DNA of 32,000 nt, from the NCBI RefSeq assembly GCF_000237865.1, contig NC_017459.1, forward strand, positions 90,001 through 122,000, in the 5' to 3' direction. The stretch's first letter is position 1. Every line of letters starts with the position of its first letter. The position numbers and the translations under genes are program-made. The notes under the pieces were generated by a model. That model made no database searches, was not told the origin of the DNA, and saw only the letters and a list, made by a program, of their open reading frames with translations. This DNA is from Haloquadratum walsbyi C23 (lineage in GTDB: Archaea > Halobacteriota > Halobacteria > Halobacteriales > Haloferacaceae). Positions 28,701 to 32,000 of the stretch are shown in pieces.

Positions 28701-31700
28701 ACGCACGCGTGAATCCAACGAGTCCGCCAACATCGTCACCGTCACTCGAGACGGTGCCCGTGGCGCTGACGTCCACAATCGTCTGGCCAGCCTGATGATT
28801 ACCGATCAAACCGCCGACCTTGGTGCCGGAGGTACTCACCACATCGCCGGTGGCAGTAGCGTCGGTGACGTTTGCTTGTGCTCGGCCGATCAGCCCGCCG
28901 GCGCTACTCGTGCCACTAACGGTTCCGGACGCGTTCACGTCGGTCACCGGCGTCGTACTCTGGTGATCACCGATGAGTCCGCCAGCATACTTGCTGTTCG
29001 CAGTGACTTCCCCGCTCGCACTGGCGTTGTTCACCGCGCCGCTACTTTGTCCGACCAGTCCGCCGATAGCCTGGTTTCCGGATGTATTCACGGATGCAGT
29101 CGAGCCAGTAATAACACCATCAGCGATAGTTTCGCCGACGAGGCCACCAACCCGATCGTTTCCGTTGACCGTTCCCGAGGTGGTGACGTTCTCGACGGTA
29201 CCGGCGCTGGTCCCGACTGCGGCTCCGACGTCGTTGTTGCCGGTGACCGAGGCGTTCTGGATCGTCAGGTTCTGAATCGTTCCGTTCGAGCCGAGGGTGC
29301 CGACGAGGCCTGCTCTGTTCGCTCCGCTTCGGTCAACCGAGAGATTCGAGATCGTGTGCCCGTTGCCGTCGAGCGTGCCGGTAAATGCCTCATCGGTGGC
29401 ACTCGCGATTGCCTCGAATCCGCTGCCACCGTTCCAGGATTCGATGGTGGCAGACGCGTCGATATTGGCGACCAATGTATACTGATTGTCGTGTGCCGTG
29501 GTGCTGTTGTCGATCGCCTGGAGATCAGCCAGCGAATCGATCTCGTAGGGGCTGTTGACGGTCCCGTTCCCGCGGTACACGGCTGTCAGTTCCGTGCCGT
29601 CCTCACGGATGTAGGTTCGCACCACTCCGCTTTCTACCGTAACCGTCGCGGTCACCGAGGCAGCCGAATTGCTCACCGCCTCGAACTCCGGTTCGAATGT
29701 CCCGGTGTTCGGCTCGGTGAAGGTGAACGTTGCAGTGCCGTTCGCGTCGGTCAGAGCCGTTTCGTCTTTGAGTTCGGTGAGATCGTCCGCATTCGAGACG
29801 TTGATCAGGTATCCTGGACCAACGGGACTGCCGTTGATCGTCGCGTTGACCTCGACTGTTATCTGCTGTGTCTGAACCGCTGTCGCGTCGGTGGCTTCAA
29901 TGGTGTCGACGGGTGCAAGCAGGCTTCCACTCGTGTTCGACTCCCGCTGGAAGACCGGATACGTGCTCGTGAGCTTCCACGGTGACGTGTAGTCCAGCGC
30001 CGACATGAATTGCGTCGGGGCGCGACCTTGCATCTCTAAGGCTTGAGTGTCGTCACCAACGGTCCCGAAGCCGGTTGCTCCACCCGACGAGCCGCTTCCG
30101 GTCGCAGCCGTCTGGTTGGTCGCGCCTTTGTCCCAGTAGGCGCCCGAAAGTTGCCCAGTATTGTTCCCGACGAGTCCGCCAACGGTGCTCCCGCCCTTGA
30201 CGCGTCCGCTGGCGTACGACCGAGTTACATCTACATCCTCGGTCTCGCCGACGAGACCACCAACTTTGTCGCCCGATGTGGTGACATCACCGCGCGCGTA
30301 CGAATCGGTAATAGACCCGTCATTATTCGTATCGCCGATGAGTCCACCAACGTAGTCGCCATCAGTGGAGACGTTGCCTCGTGCATACGATGTTTCGACA
30401 CCATCGCCATCCTTGTAGTACCCAATCAGCCCACCGACCCGCTGTCCAGTTGCGTCAACGTCACCGGTGGCCGAGGCGTTTGTCAGGATGTGATCAGCTG
30501 AATCGTGGTGAAGTTCGCCAAACAGTCCACCGACTAGGTTCCCGCCTCCGGGGTCACTGGCGTTGACATCACCGGTAGCAGAGACATCTGTCACGTTTCC
30601 TGCGTTCTGGAACTCTCCGACGAGCCCGCCGGTATACGCATCTGTCCCCGTGTTCGTCGCGTTAACGACGCCCGAAGCATGAGCGTTAGAGACGGTGATC
30701 GGGTTCCCGGAACTTGACTTCGCCTGACCGACCAATCCGCCCACGTACCCACCGGAGGTGCCGTTCACGCTCCCGCCTGCAGAGGCGTTGATCACGTCAG
30801 CCTGCCCCCGGCCGAGGAGACCACCAATGTAGCTCGTCCCGGTGACAGCCCCGGAGGCGTTCACGTCGGTCACCGGCGTCGTACTCTGGTGATCACCGAT
30901 GAGACCACCAGCGTACTGATCAGTCGCGGTGACGGTCCCGCTCGCACTGGCGTTGTTCACCGCGCCGTTACTCTCTCCGACCAGTCCACCGATGGACTGA
31001 CTGCCGTTTGCGGTCGCCGTTGTGGTCGCGTCAGTAACGACACCGCCACTATTGACGGTTCCAACGAGACCACCAATCCGATCGCTTCCGCGGACGGCTC
31101 CCGAGGCGGTGACGTTCTGGACCGTGTCGTTGTTGGCTCCGACGGCCACGCCGAGGTCGTTGACCCCGTCTATCGAGGCGTCCTCGACCGTTAGGTTCTG
31201 GATTGTGCCGTCGTTAGTTCCGGCTACCACGCCAAGTTCGTCGCTCCCGGTGACCGAGGCGTTCTGGATTGTCAGATTCTGGATCGCCCCGTTCGAGTCG
31301 AGCGCGCCGACGAGCCCAGCCGTGCTCGCTCCGCTTCGGTTGATCGACAGGTTCGAAATCGTGGTGTCGTTACCGTCAAGTGAGCCGGTGAATGGCGCAA
31401 TCGGCTCGAAGCCGCTGCCACCGTTCCACGAGGCGTTGCCCGTCGCCGACGTGTCGATATCTTCGGCGAGTCGGTAATTATCAGCACGCGCAGCACTGCT
31501 GTTGTCGATTGCTTGCAGATCTGCAAGCGAGTCGATCAGGTACGGATTGTCAGCGGTGCCGTTTCCGCTATACACCGCGGTCAATTCTTCGCCATCTTCG
31601 CGGACGTAAGTTCGTACCGCCCCATCGCTCACGGTGACCGTCGCGTTCGCCGTCGCGGTCGAATAGCCGACCACAGTAAATGTCGGGCTAAACGTCCCGG

Positions 31701-32000
31701 TATCCGATTCAGTGATCGAGAGTGTTGCGGTCCCCGTCTCGTTCGTCACGGCCGTAGCGTTCTCAAGGCTGGTGAGACCTCCGGTATCCTGAACGCCCAC
31801 GATGAGCCCCTCAGCCGTGCTGGTGCCAGCTGTCGTCACTGTGACCGAAACCGAGACCTGCTCGGACTGAATCGCGCTCGCGTTGGTAGCGGTGACCGTA
31901 TTGACTGTGCGAGGTGGCTGTTCGGTTCCAGTCGACTGCGCCTGCAAGACCGGATAGCCCCGTGTGACGTTCCACGTAGTCGTGTAGTGTAGCCCATCCA
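16768..32000 (-). CDS. hmu: Halomucin-like giant secreted/surface protein, 3' 15.2 kb (more than 5077 codons in the window; N-terminus lies beyond position 32000)
   Basis: Uninterrupted minus-strand frame. The track start at 31947 is an internal TTG: the frame stays open to the window edge (DGLHYTTTWNVTRGYPVLQ) and repeats the module-end motif. It has GLUG-motif modules, Ig-like domains, cadherin, PKD and a Ser/Gly tract. Its size and composition match what I recall of Haloquadratum walsbyi halomucin. Confidence 0.93.
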   Translation of the reverse strand, partial: DGLHYTTTWNVTRGYPVLQAQSTGTEQPPRTVNTVTATNASAIQSEQVSVSVTVTTAGTSTAEGLIVGVQDTGGLTSLENATAVTNETGTATLSITESDTGTFSPTFTVVGYSTATANATVTVSDGAVRTYVREDGEELTAVYSGNGTADNPYLIDSLADLQAIDNSSAARADNYRLAEDIDTSATGNASWNGGSGFEPIAPFTGSLDGNDTTISNLSINRSGASTAGLVGALDSNGAIQNLTIQNASVTGSDELGVVAGTNDGTIQNLTVEDASIDGVNDLGVAVGANNDTVQNVTASGAVRGSDRIGGLVGTVNSGGVVTDATTTATANGSQSIGGLVGESNGAVNNASASGTVTATDQYAGGLIGDHQSTTPVTDVNASGAVTGTSYIGGLLGRGQADVINASAGGSVNGTSGGYVGGLVGQAKSSSGNPITVSNAHASGVVNATNTGTDAYTGGLVGEFQNAGNVTDVSATGDVNASDPGGGNLVGGLFGELHHDSADHILTNASATGDVDATGQRVGGLIGYYKDGDGVETSYARGNVSTDGDYVGGLIGDTNNDGSITDSYARGDVTTSGDKVGGLVGETEDVDVTRSYASGRVKGGSTVGGLVGNNTGQLSGAYWDKGATNQTAATGSGSSGGATGFGTVGDDTQALEMQGRAPTQFMSALDYTSPWKLTSTYPVFQRESNTSGSLLAPVDTIEATDATAVQTQQITVEVNATINGSPVGPGYLINVSNADDLTELKDETALTDANGTATFTFTEPNTGTFEPEFEAVSNSAASVTATVTVESGVVRTYIREDGTELTAVYRGNGTVNSPYEIDSLADLQAIDNSTTAHDNQYTLVANIDASATIESWNGGSGFEAIASATDEAFTGTLDGNGHTISNLSVDRSGANRAGLVGTLGSNGTIQNLTIQNASVTGNNDVGAAVGTSAGTVENVTTSGTVNGNDRVGGLVGETIADGVITGSTASVNTSGNQAIGGLVGQSSGAVNNASASGEVTANSKYAGGLIGDHQSTTPVTDVNASGTVSGTSSAGGLIGRAQANVTDATATGDVVSTSGTKVGGLIGNHQAGQTIVDVSATGTVSSDGDDVGGLVGFTRASVRNATASGEVESTTGANVGGLVGRLSHDDSTHVTNVTATGTVSAGADHVGGLVGFIEDSDDNGNITMSGARATGDIEMTSDDGGPASVGGLVGRFEHGSAITDVSATGDVSSVGGNEVGGLIGRLDQLASTDVLKNASATGDVTTTGQKVGGLIGFHRTGSVDNSHAQGNVSAGSGDNVGGLIGVHGRNGGRVGDSYARGDVNTSGNNVGGLIGRSEGKVLRVYATGRVEGGSTVGGLVGKNDGGQLSESYWDKGATDKSDATGSDTPATVSGYGSVGDTTPAPQMQGRAATELMEGLNYTTTWNVTRGYPVLQAKSTGTEQLPRTVDTVTATNASAIQSEQVSVSVTVTTTDSNIREDFVISVQDTGGLTSLENATAVTNDTGVATFNITESSPDTYTPTFGVAGYSTATTNATITVDNGAVRTYTREDDTELTAVYRGNGTPDSPYLANSLTDLQAINKNATTRDEHYQLTDDINASATIESWNGGNGFEPIANATDADEAFTGSLDGDGHTISNLSIDRSGADAVGLFSELDTAGVLENVTLQNASVTGGDDVGLVAGTSNGTLRNVTTTGTVTGNNRVGGLIGTTELNSVLTESSAAVNTSGSQRVGGLVGTAGGIVNTSTANGTVTATGQYAGGLIGESQGTIPVTNTAASGNVTGTADVGGLIGRTNATVRNSSASGVVNSTSGDGVGGLIGRSLAAVHDSSASGAVSSTGGNSVGGLIGNASADVTNSAGRGNVSSSTGNEVGGLVGRLEGSSNIRDSHARGTVTAASDVGGLAGTIDTGNATRVFATGQVEGNSAVGGLVGKNNGGTLSDVYWDKGATNQTNATGSATPTGADGYGLVNDDTPAERMQGEAATAFMSALNYTTTWNTTRGYPVLQAQATGTEQPPRRVETIDATDASSAQTEQVAISITVTAADSESTDGFVITVRESDGLSGLENATAVTDQDGTATFSFSESNANSYKPTFGVAGDTAVSTTANIIVKEGAVRTYTREDGTNLTGTYIGSGTPDDPYLANSLTDLQVINKNATTRDEHYQLTDDINASATIESWNGGNGFEPIANATDEAFTGTLDGNGTTISNLSIDRSGADSVGLISEVGTSGVVENLTLQNASVIGSSDVGVVAGTSNGAIRNVTSTGAVAGDNKIGGLVGASNSSAVIADSSTAVTTSGTRQIGGLVGQSSGSVTNSSASGSVTASGGFAGGLVGDLDVTTPEELANVSASGNVSSGGQYVGGLVGLGTSTSSSGNPLTITEAQASGDVNTTYNGGNDAYVGGLAGKLSNVGNVTDVTATGDVSSTSGNDVGGLAGELVHDSTSFTLRNATATGDVTTTGQRVGGLIGAHRNGQALTNATATGNVSTDGNNVGGLIGYQPDDKTVSDVTATGDVSTEGNNAGGLIGQTRASLSDATASGEVQSSTGDKIGGLVGYLKLSAEKTTNVTATGNVSTDGNNVGGLIGHAEGVESTSQTTISTARASGDVTSTDGNDIGGLIGNASFQNDADTVTNASATGDVGTDSATGSSVGGLIGSQSGGQVRNSYARGNVTTSGDNVGGLVGSAAGKQIVDSYARGNITTEGTNVGGIAGKLSGDVKRVYASGQVTGDNKVGGLVGSGGTLSDAYWDKGASTQTNATGNKSGLGTGTPNGVAGYGSIGSDVPATEMQGQSPSKFMSALNYTSTWSLVNGYPQLRAETAPSFASDTTPPTLTSVTSTDGTTIQLTIDGGVSGIDTSSIDNTDFAVSNNSISSTDTSTSGTDTNTTQTVTLSLSSSVETRPVTVDITSQAGGITDRSGNKLSNITTTLPGIDTVSVSDDTNDDGIVTTGDRVQVTVESNTDTDTTLSSVTVNATDYDDETATLSPNGTNVETGASIHSGIIIVGSTPTDGSDQSLTVNVTDDTGNAAVRTIQVSGVTVDTKAPEITSVSRAGGDSVDVSIQSGLSGIEKSSISAADFTVEPGKVASVDTSAVTDGSNQTQTVRIGLTDAIRGKTPTVRINSSSDGILDKAGNGQGEDSTSSNESSDGTESDQGDPEDDIGGINTGIAPAVTLTTSDLDSSTLSTVDVTYNATGEVGSSDDIEIQLYNDNNSTTTPIATRTVGSVEGLTSLTVPSSAVGGGTFTGRATLVNTSANTELANKSKQIVAYENVSTSVTAGSLGGKITVKHDFGSLDPANAQIRVSPITIGSKFTTQTVTPAQKQGTVTIPVPKQANSRFNVQTEVVDTSRNRQIQSSLGYGCVGSQKDPCSTVSETGTTVVDATTGNSVGIEVNATVDHNRGAVEWYLHPTGSPEQKDISIVDGVDASTPLAVTIAVDDFDPVFMLGTGNADGWEKTRVDKNTKEISINVTPAEAYVEPDIRNPDPREWPLSDHTASKRYGAIVDMIAVSMEGRVNPGYRNRLDGAFIGTNAQAFSVPKSSAGGSDSAGSLSITVAAPHYETDGTTVNTGFYNARIPKSVLVAWGISPGQVTATYKGESVSGSSLTVEDKKGAIFVSMPVTYSSGTVTVSGSQDSSDTTAPTVSNVSLDSDGTGNLTFTVDSNEQLGVATDDVSVSIDGPNTNDVYTFNRDDLIQSGSGPYTYALDLDSAQPYDNGGGTYTATVDTATDSAGNDGGGSGLTDSHDHTVTGSTPTFVSSGTVTTPENPGGTLLDVNATDGEGGLFDSGVKYTITGGADSSLFIVDGKTGALSFADSVDFESPADADGDNAYELDVTASTANANATQSISVTITDVDEQPTGQVNLTGGDPGDRTISIVGNKTGYTFDASKIVDPEGTGVSYRWDFGNGDTSTGSTVTRDYDPGSYLEETTVSPTLTVDDGSKQTVIDVSVTFYSDIDGDGLADDNEATGVPTDNDDDNDGIPDDEDQEPALGEMSSISGTITDTNGSRVTQGDVTIISSDGTHRESVSLDSNGKFDTTVPAGNYRLVVENTSAPVHERENITVGPQTPTSQNLTLEGSGTVAGKFINPDETVASNIPVQIASRDGGETYYTKTDSTGEYEVAVEPGDYVVAPLGNDSGNASREVSVELGETIQQSVTLDPQPVETAASLSIASGPGSVTADGHQMVVIPEVTDGLLQIQIANNSDPNRDISVVEDPSELENFGVTNETKFRIRVTVTNYTPHTLFWALRDAEFNSKPNATNPAATDIIITGSPVSLATTSTQQKRVGPLVSEDPSTVSWPSGAADTADSQYNQTVYFSVYDLSTRPESLRDRLTGLILSTNAQRISLPEVSNDRLRTWIAGPRYKTASGTKYEGFYQAQIPQSQLEEWGVADHPTHQLFGEYKSSERNLTVEDVDGGISVDVSNISYSASYVDIKADSTAPVPESALEDDSSNQENVDDPPSQDSNDPPSQNNVNNKADSEAVVGDGDTGGESQAGSDGGDSGSSSSSSSSSSSSSSGGSGGSGSSSGSGSSGGSGGSSGSGSSGGSGGSGSSSGSSSGGSGTGGMIADALTVITAPFKWFGSLSTAGKAAVATTTGAGAAGAAYGLGGDRIQTPLNIARRRFQSWLRRRIRGSSRSQISKLLARLRRLKWAKIRTQIAGVRKYFTRSYWREFIAKRRKLASREGMKNWLKSKYRGNRKRKYRGWLRGRLRGGVNWVAGGLLRGAAPAWLGVVSGPAATAVSVITGEIRRWIEDKAMDRFDSTRKRYAKLAIQSSAWITTVETRLWQLLSGEDSPSSSRSLAAIAGESASELNEVGVESVDQLASADPEQLASALETDESAVAGWVNRAGHASGSTERPAFIETRNGKRIQARYEQIAEIVQTGVSIPTISVGSVHSITDIGGRQLARVTGWLQGDVSSILSGAFERIQSFSRRLLYRVSIWIYGPSGALESIDGIGPEYSDRLVEEGITDVAVLSACSAERLSERINVSSNQTYRWITQATAETPDTRGLHQRLVAGVVRVESVFIAMKTKSSVQLESNRLREDHFSSQSLSEKEVNQLAVVGITTVSQLAAINPDRLGAGVGIDAKTAEEWVEMAQVYKMHLNNNS
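16771..18399 (-). other. hmu C-terminal tail: hydrophobic segment, polybasic segment, second hydrophobic segment, three helix-hairpin-helix-like motifs
   Basis: The first hydrophobic segment is MIADALTVITAPFKWFGSLSTAGKAAVATTTGAGAAGAAYGLGG. It is followed by 104 residues with 37 Arg/Lys and 3 Asp/Glu by hand count, then AAPAWLGVVSGPAATAVSVITG. The three HhH-like motifs are LNEVGVESVDQLASADPEQLA, LESIDGIGPEYSDRLVEEGITDVAVL and LAVVGITTVSQLAAINPDRLG. Confidence 0.7.
18400..18592 (-). repeat. Ser/Gly low-complexity tract of hmu (trinucleotide-periodic DNA)
   Basis: Encodes SGSSSSSSSSSSSSSSGGSGGSGSSSGSGSSGGSGGSSGSGSSGGSGGSGSSSGSSSGGSGTGG. The DNA consists of iterated ACT/GCC/GCT triplets. Confidence 0.95.
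20130..20840 (-). other. hmu cadherin-like + PKD + thrombospondin-type-3-like Ca-binding block
   Basis: Cadherin-like: LDVNATDGEG...YTITGGADSSLFIVDGKTGALSF...DFESPADADGDNAYELDV...VTITDVDE. PKD: YRWDFGNGDTSTGSTVTRDY. Asp-rich loops: DIDGDGLADDNE...DNDDDNDGIPDDEDQ. Confidence 0.7.
23641..26055 (-). repeat. hmu GLUG module D (805 codons)
   Basis: Same unit order as module A, with about 16 GGL(V/I)G repeats by hand count. It ends NGYPQL. Confidence 0.85.
26056..27762 (-). repeat. hmu GLUG module C (569 codons)
   Basis: Same unit order as module A, with about 9 GGL(V/I)G repeats by hand count. Confidence 0.85.
27763..29952 (-). repeat. hmu GLUG module B (730 codons)
   Basis: Same unit order as module A, with about 14 GGL(V/I)G repeats by hand count. 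Confidence 0.85.
29953..31947 (-). repeat. hmu GLUG module A (665 codons)
   Basis: The unit consists of an Ig-like domain (TATNASAIQSEQVSVSVTVTT...), a RTYxREDGxELTAVY/ADLQAIDN segment, about 11 xGGL(V/I)G repeats, and YWDKGAT...MQG...LxYTxxW...YPV(L/F)Q. Confidence 0.85.

Noticed and set aside
17015-31992. Many long plus-strand ORFs antisense to the giant gene, for example 28795-29985 (396 aa), 26255-27064 (269 aa), 17510-18184, 18242-18685 and 31513-31992.
   Set aside because: Their translations are low-complexity (PPT/SPP/RR-rich) and un-halophilic. They mirror the periodic GC-rich codon structure of the minus-strand frame, which has a coherent multi-domain architecture over 15 kb.
31947-32000. 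The track start codon at 31947 taken as the N-terminus of the giant protein.
   Set aside because: The frame remains open to the window edge and reads DGLHYTTTWNVTRGYPVLQ, the same module-end motif seen at 27763-27815. Position 31947 is therefore an internal TTG (Leu), and the gene is 5'-truncated by the window.

Overview
Low-GC haloarchaeal chromosome segment with acidic proteomes and long AT-rich spacers. It is most likely Haloquadratum walsbyi; that assignment is an inference from the giant halomucin-like gene. There are three parts. (1) 1-6360 is a housekeeping block: a REC-PAS-GAF-PAS hybrid histidine kinase, an M29 aminopeptidase, the short-form 6-phosphogluconate dehydrogenase, a membrane-tethered 2Fe-2S ferredoxin and tRNA-Thr(GGU). 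(2) 6314-13104 is an accessory island bounded by a 46-nt direct repeat of the tRNA-Thr 3' half (attL/attR-like), with no integrase found. Its cargo is an XRE-HTH gene inside an operon of three small membrane proteins, two independent orc1/cdc6 relics, an HTH/KOW-like protein, an AbiE-like wHTH + nucleotidyltransferase pair, a GC-rich RHH-RelE/ParE toxin-antitoxin pair and a tiny membrane protein. It is followed by 13105-15950, a decayed AT-rich tract with a frameshifted Doc/Fic toxin relic and copies of a short palindromic element. (3) 15953-32000, all on the minus strand, holds a 6TM voltage-gated-type K+ channel. Eleven nt upstream of it lies the 3' 15.2 kb of a giant ORF, more than 5077 codons, whose 5' end runs off the window. 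The giant ORF contains four complete GLUG-repeat modules, Ig-like/SbsA-like domains, a cadherin-PKD-TSP3 block and a duplicated unknown domain. It ends in a Ser/Gly tract, a hydrophobic segment, a polybasic segment, a second hydrophobic segment and a triple helix-hairpin-helix tail. The features I consider most worth follow-up are that giant-protein C-terminal tail, the integrase-less tRNA island with its AbiE-like and XRE/membrane modules, and the conserved micro-ORF beside both att copies. All calls come from reading the sequence and the ORF track. No searches were run.
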